The notes below the pieces were generated by a model. The model was not told the DNA's origin. It made no database searches and saw nothing but the letters and a program-made list of their open reading frames with translations. Below are positions 25,855 to 40,200 of a DNA stretch of 64,000 bases, in pieces. The DNA is from Paragordius varius (taxonomy: Eukaryota; Animalia; Nematomorpha). Positions within the stretch are counted from its first letter, which is position 1, and the number at the start of each line of letters is the position of its first letter. Made by a program: the position numbers and the translations under genes. Location of the stretch: assembly GCA_964247055.1 (NCBI GenBank), contig OZ176052.1, forward strand, positions 13,020,001-13,084,000. The letters are read 5' to 3'.

Positions 25855-28800
25855 ATACATTCTCTTAGTAAGACTACATCAAAATATAGAAATAGTTTGA
25901 CAAACTCTTTCATATCCGATTTTTAAAACGATACTTTAAAAATTAATGTATAAAACTAGTCGTATCAATAAATCGCATCAATACTCAAGTTAAACTTTGT
26001 CCTTAAAAATCGGATATTGGTCACGGGTGAACAAAATTATTTTTTATACATTCTCTTAGTAGGACTACATCAAAATATAGAGATAGTTTGGCAAACTCTT
26101 TCATATCCGATTTTTACAACGATACTTTAAAAATTAATGTATTAAACTAGTCGCATCAATACTCAAGTTAAACTTTGTCCTTAAAAATCGGATATTGGTC
26201 ACAGGTTAATAAAATTATTTTTTATACATTCTCTTAGTAGGACTACATCAAAATATAGAGATAGTTTGGCAAACTGTTTCATATCCGATTTTTACAACGA
26301 TACTTTAAAAATTAATGTATAAAAACTAGTCGCATCAATACTCAAGTTAAATTTTGTCCTTAAAAATGGGATATTGGTCACCGGTGAACAAAACTATTTT
26401 TTATACATTCTCTTAGTAAGACTACATCAAAATATAGAGATAGTTTGACAAACTCTTTCATATCCGATTTTTACAACGATACTTTAAAAATTAATGTATT
26501 AAACTAGTCGCATTACTCAAGTTAAACTTTGTCCTTAAAAATCGGATATTGGTCACCGGTGAAAAAAATTATTTTTTATACATTCTCTTATTAAGACTAC
26601 ATCCAAATATAGAGATAGTTTGACAAACTCTTTCATATCCGATTTTTACAACGATACTTTAAAAATTAATGTGTTAAACTAGTCGCATCAATACTCAAGT
26701 TAAACTTTGTCCTTAAAAATCGAATATTGGTCACCGGTGAACAAAATTATTTTTTATACATTTTCTTAGTAAGACTACATCAAAATATAGAAATAGTTTG
26801 ACAAACTCTTTCATATCCGATTTTTACAACGATACTGTAAAAATTAATGTATAAAACTAGTCGCATTACTCAAGTTAAACTTTGTCCTTAAAAATCGGAT
26901 ATTGGTCACCGCTGAAAAAAATTATTTTTTATACATTCTCTTATTAAGACTACATCCAAATATAGAGATAGTTTGACAAACTCTTTCATATCCGATTTTT
27001 ACAACGATACTTTAAAAATTAATGTGTTAAACTAGTCGCATCAATACTCAAGTTAAACTTTGTCCTTAAAAATCGGATATTGGTCTCCGGTGAATAAAAT
27101 TATTTTTTATACATTCTCTTAGTAGGACTACATCAAAATATAGAAATAGTTTGACAAACTCTTTCATATCCGATTTTTAAAACGATATTTTAAAAATTAA
27201 TGTATAAAACTAGTCGTATCAATAAATCGCATCAATACTCAAGTTAAACTTTGTCCTTAAAAATCGGATATTGGTCACGGGTGAACAAAATTATTTTTTA
27301 TACATTCTCTTAGTAGGACTACATCAAAATATAGAGATAGTTTGGCAAACTCTTTCATATCCGATTTTTAAAACGATACTTTAAAAATTAATGTATAAAA
27401 CTAGTCGTATCAATAAATCGCATCAATACTCAAGTTAAACTTTGTCCTTAAAAATCGGATATTGGTCACGGGTGAACAAAATTATTTTTTATACATTCTC
27501 TTAGTAGGACTACATCAAAATATAGAGATAGTTTGGCAAACTCTTTCATATCCGATTTTTACAACGATACTTTAAAAATTAATGTATTAAACTAGTCGCA
27601 TCAATACTCAAGTTAAACTTTGTCCTTAAAAATCGGATATTGGTCACAGGTTAATAAAATTATTTTTTATACATTCTCTTAGTAGGACTACATCAAAATA
27701 TAGAGATAGTTTGGCAAACTGTTTCATATCCGATTTTTACAACGATACTTTAAAAATTAATGTATAAAACTAGTCGCATCAATACTCAAGTTAAATTTTG
27801 TCCTTAAAAATGGGATATTGGTCACCGGTGAACAAAACTATTTTTTATACATTCTCTTAGTAAGACTACATCAAAATATAGAGATAGTTTGACAAACTCT
27901 TTCATATCCGATTTTTACAACGATACTTTAAAAATTAATGTATTAAACTAGTCGCATTACTCAAGTTAAACTTTGTCCTTAAAAATCGGATATTGGTCAC
28001 CGGTGAAAAAAATTATTTTTTATACATTCTCTTATTAAGACTACATCCAAATATAGAGATAGTTTGACAAACTCTTTCATATCCGATTTTTACAACGATA
28101 CTTTAAAAATTAATGTGTTAAACTAGTCGCATCAATACTCAAGTTAAACTTTGTCCTTAAAAATCGAATATTGGTCACCGGTGAACAAAATTATTTTTTA
28201 TACATTCTCTTAGTAAGACTACATCAAAATATAGAAATAGTTTGACAAACTCTTTCATATCCGATTTTTAAAACGATACTTTAAAAATTAATGTATAAAA
28301 CTAGTCGTATCAATAAATCGCATCAATACTCAAGTTAAACTTTGTCCTTAAAAATCGGATATTGGTCACGGGTGAACAAAATTATTTTTTATACATTCTC
28401 TTAGTAGGACTACATCAAAATATAGAGATAGTTTGGCAAACTCTTTCATATCCGATTTTTACAACGATACTTTAAAAATTAATGTATTAAACTAGTCGCA
28501 TCAATACTCAAGTTAAACTTTGTCCTTAAAAATCGGATATTGGTCACAGGTTAATAAAATTATTTTTTATACATTCTCTTAGTAGGACTACATCAAAATA
28601 TAGAGATAGTTTGGCAAACTGTTTCATATCCGATTTTTACAACGATACTTTAAAAATTAATGTATAAAACTAGTCGCATCAATACTCAAGTTAAATTTTG
28701 TCCTTAAAAATGGGATATTGGTCACCGGTGAACAAAACTATTTTTTATACATTCTCTTAGTAAGACTACATCAAAATATAGAGATAGTTTGACAAACTCT

Positions 28801-29643
28801 TTCATATCCGATTTTTACAACGATACTTTAAAAATTAATGTATTAAACTAGTCGCATTACTCAAGTTAAACTTTGTCCTTAAAAATCGGATATTGGTCAC
28901 CGGTGAAAAAAATTATTTTTTATACATTCTCTTATTAAGACTACATCCAAATATAGAGATAGTTTGACAAACTCTTTCATATCCGATTTTTACAACGATA
29001 CTTTAAAAATTAATGTGTTAAACTAGTCGCATCAATACTCAAGTTAAACTTTGTCCTTAAAAATCGAATATTGGTCACCGGTGAACAAAATTATTTTTTA
29101 TACATTTTCTTAGTAAGACTACATCAAAATATAGAAATAGTTTGACAAACTCTTTCATATCCGATTTTTACAACGATACTGTAAAAATTAATGTATAAAA
29201 CTAGTCGCATTACTCAAGTTAAACTTTGTCCTTAAAAATCGGATATTGGTCACCGCTGAAAAAAATTATTTTTTATACATTCTCTTATTAAGACTACATC
29301 CAAATATAGAGATAGTTTGACAAACTCTTTCATATCCGATTTTTACAACGATACTTTAAAAATTAATGTGTTAAACTAGTCGCATCAATACTCAAGTTAA
29401 ACTTTGTCCTTAAAAATCGGATATTGGTCTCCGGTGAATAAAATTATTTTTTATACATTCTCTTAGTAGGACTACATCAAAATATAGAAATAGTTTGACA
29501 AACTCTTTCATATCCGATTTTTAAAACGATATTTTAAAAATTAATGTATAAAACTAGTCGTATCAATAAATCGCATCAATACTCAAGTTAAACTTTGTCC
29601 TTAAAAATCGGATATTGGTCACGGGTGAACAAAATTATTTTTT
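25855..29643 (+). repeat. Nested higher-order repeat: 8-mer (1445 bp), 5-mer (900 bp), 8-mer (1444 bp)
   Basis: ACAGGTTAAT at 26201, 27646 and 28546. CCGCTG occurs only in the two 8-mers (about 26911 and 29255). 27346-28206 reads identical to 28246-29106 by eye. Confidence 0.92.
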
Positions 29644-30886
29644 ATACATTCTCTTAGTAGGACTACATCAAAATATAGAGATAGTTTGGCAAACTGTTTC
29701 ATATCCGATTTTTACAACGATAGTTTAAAAATTAATGTATAAAACTAGTCGCATCAATACTCAAGTTAAATTTTGTCCTTAAAAATGGGATATTGGTCAC
29801 CGGTGAAAAAAATTATTTTTTATACATTCTCTTAGTAAGACTACATCCAAATATAGAGATAGTTTTACAAACTCTTTCATATCCGATTTTTACAAGGATA
29901 CATTAAAAATTAGTGTATAAAACTAGTCGCATCAATACTCAAGTTAAACTTTGTCCTTAAAAATCGAATATTGGTCACCGGTGAACAAAATTATTTTTTA
30001 TACATTCTCTTAGTAAGACTACATCAAAATATAGAGATAGTTTGACAAACTCTATATCCGATTTTTACAACGATACTTTAAAAATTAATGTATTAAACTA
30101 GTCGCATCAATACTCAAGTTAAACTTTGTCCTTAAAATCGGATATTGGTCACCGGTGAACAAAAAAATTTTTTTATACATTCTCTTAGCAAGACTACATC
30201 AAAATATAGAAATAGTTTGACAAACTCTTTCATATCCGATTTTTACAACGATACTTTAAAAATTAATGTATTAAAATAGTCGCATCAATACTCAAGTTAA
30301 ACTTTGTCCTTAAAAATCGGATATTGGTCACCGGTGAACAAAATTATTTTTTATACATTCTCTTAGCAAGACTACATCAAAATATAGAGATAGTTTGACA
30401 AACTCTTTCATATCCGATTTTTACAACGATACTTTAAAAATTATGGTATTAAACTAGTCGCATCAATACTCAAATTAAACTTTGTCCTTAAAAATCGGAT
30501 ATTGGTCACCGGTGAACAAAATTATTTTTTATACATTCTCTTAGTAAGACTACATCAAAATATAGAGATAGTTTGACAAACTCTTTCATATCCGATTTTT
30601 AGAACGATACTTTAAAAATTATGGTATTAAACCAGTCGCATCAATACTCAAGTTAAACTTTGTCCTTAAAAATCGGATATTGGTCACCGATGAACAAAAT
30701 TATTTTTTATACATTCTCTTAGCAAGACTACATCAAAATATAGAGATAGTTTGACAAACTCTTTCATATCCGATTTTTACAACGATACTTTAAAAATTAA
30801 TGTATTAAACTAGTCGCATCAATACTCAAGTTAAACTTTGTCCTTAAAAATCGGATATTGGTCACCGGTGAACAAAATAATTTTTT

Positions 30887-31420
30887 ATACATTCTCTTAG
30901 TAAGACTACATCAAAATATAGAGATAGTTTGACAAACTCTTTCATATCCGATTTTTACAACGATACTTTAAAAATTATGGTATTAAACCAGTCGCATCAA
31001 TACTCAAGTTAAACTTTGTCCTTAAAAATCGGATATTGGTCACCGGTGAACAAAATTATTTTTTATACATTCTCTTAGTAAGACTACATCAAAATATAGA
31101 GATAGTTTGACAAACTCTTTCATATCCGATTTTTACAACGATACTTTAAAAATTATGGTATTAAACCAGTCGCATCAATACTCAAGTTAAACTTTGTCCT
31201 TAAAAATCGGATATTGGTCACCGGTGAACAAAATTATTTTTTATACATTCTCTTAGTAAGACTACATCAAAATATAGAGATAGTTTGACAAACTCTTTCA
31301 TATCCGATTTTTACAACGATACTTTAAAAATTATGGTATTAAACCAGTCGCATCAATACTCAAGTTAAACTTTGTCCTTAAAAATCGGATATTGGTCACC
31401 GGTGAACAAAATTATTTTTT
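30887..31420 (+). repeat. Run of three apparently identical monomers (local monomeric homogenisation)
   Basis: Units starting at 30887, 31065 and 31243 all carry GTAAG/GAGAT/TATGGT/ACCAG/CGGAT/AATTAT, with no difference seen by eye. Confidence 0.75.
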
Positions 31421-34400
31421 ATACATTTTCTTAGTAAGACTACATCAAAATATAGAAATAGTTTGACAAACTCTTTCATATCCGATTTTTACAACGATAC
31501 TTTAAATATTAATGTATTAAACTTGTCGCATCAATACTCAAGTCAAATTATGTCCTTAAAAATGGGATATTGATCACTGGTGAACAAAACTATTTTTTAT
31601 ACATTCTCTAGTAAGACTACATCAAAATATAGAGATAGTTTGACAAACTCTTTCATATCCGATTTTTACAACGATACTTTATAAATTAATGTATAAAACT
31701 AGTCGTATCAATAAGTCGCATCAATACTCAAGTTAAACTTTGTCCTTAATATTGGTCACCGGTGAGAATAATTTTTTATACATTCTCTTAGTAAGACTAC
31801 ATCAAAATATAGAGATAGTTTGGCAAACTCTTTCATATCCGATTTTTACAACGATACTTTAAAAATTAATGTGTTAAACTAGTCGCATCAATACTCAAGT
31901 TAAACTTTGTCCTTAAAAATCGAATATTGGTCACCGGTGAACAAAATTATTTTTTATACATTTTCTTAGTAAGACTACATCAAAATATAGAAATAGTTTG
32001 ACAAACTCTTTCATATCCGATTTTTACAACGATACTTTAAAAATTAATGTATAAAACTAGTCGCATCAATACTCAAGTTAAATTTTGTCCTTAAAAATGG
32101 GATATTGGTCACCGGTGAACAAAACTATTTTTTATACATTCTCTTAGTAAGACTACATCAAAATATAGAGATAGTTTGACAAACTCTTTCATATCCGATT
32201 TTTACAACGATACTGTAAAAATTAATGTATAAAACTAGTCGCATTACTCAAGTTAAACTTTGTCCTTAAAAATCGGATATTGGTCACCGCTGAAAAAAAT
32301 TATTTTTTATACATTCTCTTATTAAGACTACATCCAAATATAGAGATAGTTTGACAAACTCTTTCATATCCGATTTTTACAACGATACTTTAAAAATTAA
32401 TGTATAAAACTAGTCGCATCAATACTCAAGTTAAATTTTGTCCTTAAAAATGGGATATTGGTCACCGGAAAAAATTATTTTTTATACATTCTCTTAGTAA
32501 GACTACATCCAAATATAGAGATAGTTTTACAAACTCTTTCATATCCGATTTTTACAAGGATACTGTAAAAATTAATGTATAAAACTAGTCGCATTACTCA
32601 AGTTAAACTTTGTCCTTAAAAATCGGATATTGGTCTCCGGTGAATAAAATTATTTTTTATACATTCTCTTAGTAGGACTACATCAAAATATAGAAATAGT
32701 TTGACAAACTCTTTCATATCCGATTTTTAAAACGATACTTTAAAAATTAATGTATAAAACTAGTCGTATCAATAAATCGCATCAATACTCAAGTTAAACT
32801 TTGTCCTTAAAAATCGGATATTGGTCACGGGTGAACAAAATTATTTTTTATACATTCTCTTAGTAGGACTACATCAAAATATAGAGATAGTTTGGCAAAC
32901 TGTTTCATATCCGATTTTTACAACGATACTTTAAAAATTAATGTATAAAACTAGTCGCATCAATACTCAAGTTAAATTTTGTCCTTAAAAATGGGATATT
33001 GGTCACCGGAAAAAATTATTTTTTATACATTCTCTTAGTAAGACTACATCCAAATATAGAGATAGTTTTACAAACTCTTTCATATCCGATTTTTACAAGG
33101 ATACATTAAAAATTAGTGTATAAAACTAGTCGCCTCAATACTCAAGTTAAACTTTGTCCTTAAAAATCGAATATTGGTCACCGGTGAACAAAATTATTTT
33201 TTATACATTCTCTTAGTAAGACTACATCAAAATATAGAGATAGTTTGACAAACTCTATATCCGATTTTTACAACGATACTTTAAAAATTAATGTATTAAA
33301 CTAGTCGCATCAATACTCAAGTTAAACTTTGTCCTTAAAATCGGATATTGGTCACCGGTGAACAAAAAAATTTTTTTATACATTCTCTTAGCAAGACTAC
33401 ATCAAAATATAGAAATAGTTTGACAAACTCTTTCATATCCGATTTTTACAACGATACTTTAAAAATTAATGTATTAAAATAGTCGCATCAATACTCAAGT
33501 TAAACTTTGTCCTTAAAAATCGGATATTGGTCACCGGTGAACAAAATTATTTTTTATACATTCTCTTAGCAAGACTACATCAAAATATAGAGATAGTTTG
33601 ACAAACTCTTTCATATCCGATTTTTACAACGATACTTTAAAAATTATGGTATTAAACTAGTCGCATCAATACTCAAATTAAACTTTGTCCTTAAAAATCG
33701 GATATTGGTCACCGGTGAACAAAATTATTTTTTATATATTCTCTTAGCAAGACTACATCAAAATATAGAGATAGTTTGACAAACTCGTTCATATCCGATT
33801 TTTACAACGATACTTTAAATATTAATGTATTAAACTTGTCGCATCAATACTCAAGTCAAATTATGTCCTTAAAAATGGGATATTGATCACTGGTGAACAA
33901 AACTATTTTTTATACATTCTCTAGTAAGACTACATCAAAATATAGAGATAGTTTGACAAACTCTTTCATATCCGATTTTTACAACGATACTTTATAAATT
34001 AATGTATAAAACAAGTCGTATCAATAAGTCGCATCAATACTCAAGTTAAACTTTGTCCTTAATATTGGTCACCGGTGAGAATAATTTTTTATACATTCTC
34101 TTAGTAAGACTACATCAAAATATAGAGATAGTTTAAAAAACTCTTTCATATCCGATTTTTACAACGATACTTTAAAAATTAATGTATAAAAGTAGTCGCA
34201 TCAATACTCAAGTCAAATTATGTCCTTAAAAATGGGATATTGATCACCGGTGAACAAAACTATTTTATACATTCTCTTAGTAAGGCTACATCAAAATATA
34301 GAGATAGTTTGGCAAACTCTTTCATATCCGATTTTTACAACGATACTTTAAAAATTATGGTATTAAACTAGTCGCATCAATACTCAAATTAAACTTTGTC

Positions 34401-36050
34401 CTTAAAAATCGGATATTGGTCACCGGTGAACAAAATTATTTTTTATATATTCTCTTAGCAAGACTACATCATAATATAGAGATAGTTTGACAAACTCTTT
34501 CATATCCGATTTTTACAACGATACTTTAATGTATTAAACTAGTCGCATCAATACTCAAGTTAAACTTTGTCCTTAAAAATCGGATATTGGTCACCGGTGA
34601 ACAAAATTATTTTTTATACATTCTCTTAGCAAGACTACATCAAAATATAGAGATAGTTTGACAAACTCTTTCATATCCGATTTTTACAACGATACTTTAA
34701 AAATTAATGTATAATAGTCGCATCAATACTCAAGTCAAATTATGTCCTTAAAAATCGGATATTGGTCACCGGTGAACAAAATTATTTTTTATACATTCTC
34801 TTAGTAGGACTACATCAAAATATAGAGATAGTTTGGCAAACTCTTTCATATCCGATTTTTACAACGATACTTTAAAAATTAATGTATTAAATTAGTCGCA
34901 TCAATACTCAAGTTAAACTTTGTCCTTAAAAATCGGATATTGGTCACCGGTAAACAAAAAATTTTTTTTATACATTCTCTTAGCAAGACTACATCAAAAT
35001 ATAGAAATAGTTTGACAAACTCTTTCATATCCGATTTTTACAACGATACTTTAAAAATTAATGTATTAAAATAGTCGCATCAATACTCAAGTTAAACTTT
35101 GTCCTTAAAAATCGGATATTGGTCACCGGTGAACAAAATTATTTTTTATACATTCTCTTAGCAAGACTACATCAAAATATAGAGATAGTTTGACAAACTC
35201 TTTCATATCCGATTTTTACAACGATACTTTAAAAATTAATGTATAAAACTGGTCGTATCAATAAATCGCATCAATACTCAAGTTAAACTTTGTCCTTAAA
35301 AATCGAATATTGGTCACCGGTGAACAAAATTATTTTTTATACATTCTCTTAGTAAGACTACATCAAAATATAGAGATAGTTTGACAAACTCTTTCATATC
35401 CGATTTTTACAACGATACTTTAAAAATTATGGTATTAAACTAGTCGCATCAATACTCAAATTAAACTTTGTCCTTAAAAATCGGATATTGGTCACCGGTG
35501 AACAAAATTATTTTTTATATATTCTCTTAGCAAGACTACATCAAAATATAGAGATAGTTTGACAAACTCGTTCATATCCGATTTTTACAACGATACTTTA
35601 AATATTAATGTATTAAACTTGTCGCATCAATACTCAAGTCAAATTATGTCCTTAAAAATGGGATATTGATCACTGGTGAACAAAACTATTTTTTATACAT
35701 TCTCTAGTAAGACTACATCAAAATATAGAGATAGTTTGACAAACTCTTTCATATCCGATTTTTACAACGATACTTTATAAATTAATGTATAAAACTAGTC
35801 GTATCAATAAGTCGCATCAATACTCAAGTTAAACTTTGTCCTTAATATTGGTCACCGGTGAGAATAATTTTTTATACATTCTCTTAGTAAGACTACATCA
35901 AAATATAGAGATAGTTTGAAAAACTCTTTCATATCCGATTTTTACAACGATACTTTAAAAATTAATGTATAAAAGTAGTCGCATCAATACTCAAGTCAAA
36001 TTATGTCCTTAAAAATGGGATATTGATCACCGGTGAACAAAACTATTTTA
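31421..36050 (+). repeat. Cluster of most-diverged monomer subfamily (GTCAAATTATG, TTGATCAC, 8-bp deletion CCTTAATATTGG, GGTGAGAAT); three copies here and a fourth at ~62560-63270
   Basis: CCTTAATATTGG at 31744, 34057, 35840 and 63062, each next to ACTTGTCG, AAATATT, CTCTAGT and ATAAGTCG variants. Confidence 0.88.
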
Positions 36051-37269
36051 TACATTCTCTTAGTAAGACTACATCAAAATATAGAGATAGTTTGGCAAAC
36101 TCTTTCATATCCGATTTTTACAACGATACTTTAAAAATTAATGTATAAAACTAGTCGCATCAATACTCAAGTTAAACTTTATCCTTAAAAATTGGATATT
36201 GGTCACCGGTGAACAAAATAATTTTTTATACATTCTCTTAGTAAGACTACATCAAAATATAGAGATAGTTTGACAAACTCTTTCATATCCGATTTTTACA
36301 ACGATACTTTAAAAATTATGGTATTAAACTAGTCTCATCAATACTCAAATTAAACTTTGTCCTTAAAAATCGGATATTGGTCACCGGTGAACAAAATTAT
36401 TTTTTATATATTCTCTTAGCAAGACTACATCATAATATAGAGATAGTTTGACAAACTCTTTCATATCCGATTTTTACAACGATACTTTAATGTATTAAAC
36501 TAGTCGCATCAATACTCAAGTTAAACTTTGTCCTTAAAAATCGGGGTGAACAAAATTATTTTTTATACATTCTCTTAGCAAGACTACATCAAAATATAGA
36601 GATAGTTTGACAAACTCTTTCATATCCGATTTTTACAACGATACTTTAAAAATTAATGTATAAAAGTAGTCGCATCAATACTCAAGTCAAATTATGTCCT
36701 TAAAAATCGGATATTGGTCACCGGTGAACAAAATTATTTTTTATACATTCTCTTAGCAAGACTACACTAAAATATAGAGATAGTTTGGCAAACTCTTTCA
36801 TCCGATTTTTACAACGATACTTTAAAAATTAATGTATAAAACTAGTCGCATCAATACTCAAGTTAAACTTTGTCCTTAAAAATCGAATATTGGTCACCGG
36901 TGAACAAAATTATTTTTTATACATTCTCTTAGTAGGACTACATCAAAATATAGAGATAGTTTGGCAAACTCTTTCATATCCGATTTTTACAACGATACTT
37001 TAAAAATTAATGTATTAAACTAGTCGCATCAATACTCAAGTTAAACTTTGTCCTTAAAAATCGGATATTGGTCACCGGTAAACAAAAAATTTTTTTTATA
37101 CATTCTCTTAGCAAGACTACATCAAAATATAGAAATAGTTTGACAAACTCTTTCATATCCGATTTTTACAACGATACTTTAAAAATTAATGTATTAAAAT
37201 AGTCGCATCAATACTCAAGTTAAACTTTGTCCTTAAAAATCGGATATTGGTCACCGGTGAACAAAATTA

Positions 37270-40200
37270 TTTTTTATACATTCTCTTAGCAAGACTACAT
37301 CAAAATATAGAGATAGTTTGACAAACTCTTTCATATCCGATTTTTACAACGATACTTTAAAAATTAATGTATAAAACTGGTCGTATCAATAAATCGCATC
37401 AATACTCAAGTTAAACTTTGTCCTTAAAAATCGAATATTGGTCACCGGTGAACAAAATTATTTTTTATACATTCTCTTAGTAAGACTACATCAAAATATA
37501 GAGATAGTTTGACAAACTCTATATCCGATTATTACAAGGATACTTTAAAAATTAGTGTATAAAACTAGTCGCATCAATACTCAAGTTAAATTTTGTCCTT
37601 AAAAATGGGATATTGATCACCGGTGAACAAAACTATTTTTTATACATTCTCTTAGTAAGTCTACATCAAAATATAGAAATAGTTTGACAAACTCTTTCAT
37701 ATCCGATTTTTACAACGATACTTTAAAAATTAATGTATAAAACTAGTCGTATCAATAAATCGCATCAATACTCAAGTTAAACTTTGTCCTTAAAAATCGG
37801 ATATTGGTCACCGGTGAACAAAATTATTTTTTATACATTCTCTTAGTAGGACTACATCAAAATATAGAGATAGTTTGACAAACTCTTTCATATCCGATTT
37901 TTACAACGATACTTTAAAAATTAATGTATTAAACTAGTCGCATCAATACTCAAGTTAAACTTTGTCCTTGAAAATCGGATATTGGTCACCGGTGAACAAA
38001 ATTATTTTTTATACATTCTCTTAGCAAGACTACATCAAAATATAGAGATAGTTTGGCAAACTCTTTCATCCGATTTTTACAACGATACTTTAAAAATTAA
38101 TGTATAAAACTAGTCGCATCAATATTCAAGTTAAACTTTGTCCTTAAAAATCGGATATTGGTCACCGGTGAACAAAACTATTTTTTATACATACTCTTAG
38201 CAAGACTACATCAAAATATAGAGATAATTTGACAAACTCTTTCATATCCGATTTTTACAACGATACTTTAAAAATTAATGTATAAAACTAGGCGTATCAA
38301 TAAATCGCATCAATACTCAAGTTAAACTTTGTCCTTAAAAATCGGATATTGGTCATTGGTGAACAAAATTAATTTTTATACATTCTCTTAGTAGGACTAC
38401 ATCAAAATATATAGATAGTTTGGCAAACTGTTTCATATCCGATTTTTACAACGATACTTTAAAAATTAATGTATTAAACTAGTCGCATCAATACTCAAGT
38501 TAAACTTTGTCCTTGAAAATCGGATATTGGTCACCGGTGAACAAAATTATTTTTTATACATTCTCTTAGCAAGACTACATCAAAATATAGAGATAGTTTG
38601 GCAAACTCTTTCATCCGATTTTTACAACGATACTTTAAAAATTAATGTATAAAACTAGTCGCATCAATATTCAAGTTAAACTTTGTCCTTAAAAATCGGA
38701 TATTGGTCACCGGTGAACAAAACTATTTTTTATACATACTCTTAGCAAGACTACATCAAAATATAGAGATAATTTGACAAACTCTTTCATATCCGATTTT
38801 TACAACGATACTTTAAAAATTAATGTATAAAACTAGGCGTATCAATAAATCGCATCAATACTCAAGTTAAACTTTGTCCTTAAAAATCGGATATTGGTCA
38901 TTGGTGAACAAAATTAATTTTTATACATTCTCTTAGTAGGACTACATCAAAATATATAGATAGTTTGGCAAACTGTTTCATATCCGATTTTTACAACGAT
39001 ACTTTAAAAATTAATGTAAAAAACTAGTCGCATCAATACTCAAGTTAAACTTTGTCCTTAAAAATCGAATATTGGTCACCGGTGAACAAAATTATTTTTT
39101 ATACATTCTCTTAGTAAGACTACATCAAAATATAGAAATAGTTTGACAAACTCTTTCATATCCGATTTTTACAACGATACTTTAAAAATTAATGTATTAA
39201 ACTAGTCGCATCAATACTCAAGTTAAACATTGTCCTTGAAAATCGGATATTGGTCACCGGTAAACAAAAAATTTTTTTTATACATTCTCTTAGCAAGACT
39301 ACATCAAAATATAGAAATAGTTTGACAAACTCTTTCATATCCGATTTTTACAACGATACTTTAAAAATTAATGTATAAAAGTAGTCGCATCAATACTCAA
39401 GTCAAATTATGTCCTTAAAAATCGGATATTGGTCACCGGTGAACAAAATTATTTTTTATACATTCTCTTAGCAAGACTACACTAAAATATAGAGATAGTT
39501 TGGCAAACTCTTTCATCCGATTTTTACAACGATACTTTAAAAATTAATGTATAAAACTAGTCGCATCAATACTCAAGTTAAACTTTGTCCTTAAAAATCG
39601 AATATTGGTCACCGGTGAACAAAATTATTTTTTATACATTCTCTTAGTAGGACTACATCAAAATATAGAGATAGTTTGGCAAACTCTTTCATATCCGATT
39701 TTTACAACGATACTTTAAAAATTATGGTATTAAACCAGTCGCATCAATACTCAAGTTAAACTTTGTCCTTAAAAATCGGATATTGGTCACCGGTGAACAA
39801 AACTATTTTTTATACATACTCTTAGCAAGACTACATCAAAATATAGAGATAGTTTGACAAACTCTTTCATATCCGATTTTTACAACGATACTTTAAAAAT
39901 TAATGTATAAAACTGGTCGTATCAATAAATCGCATCAATACTCAAGTTAAACTTTGTCCTTAAAAATCGAATATTGGTCACCGGTGAACAAAATTATTTT
40001 TTATACATTCTCTTAGTAAGACTACATCAAAATATAGAGATAGTTTGACAAACTCTATATCCGATTATTACAAGGATACATTAAAAATTAGTGTATAAAA
40101 CTAGTCGCATCAATACTCAAGTTAAATTTTGTCCTTAAAAATGGGATATTGATCACCGGTGAACAAAACTATTTTTTATACATTCTCTTAGTAAGTCTAC

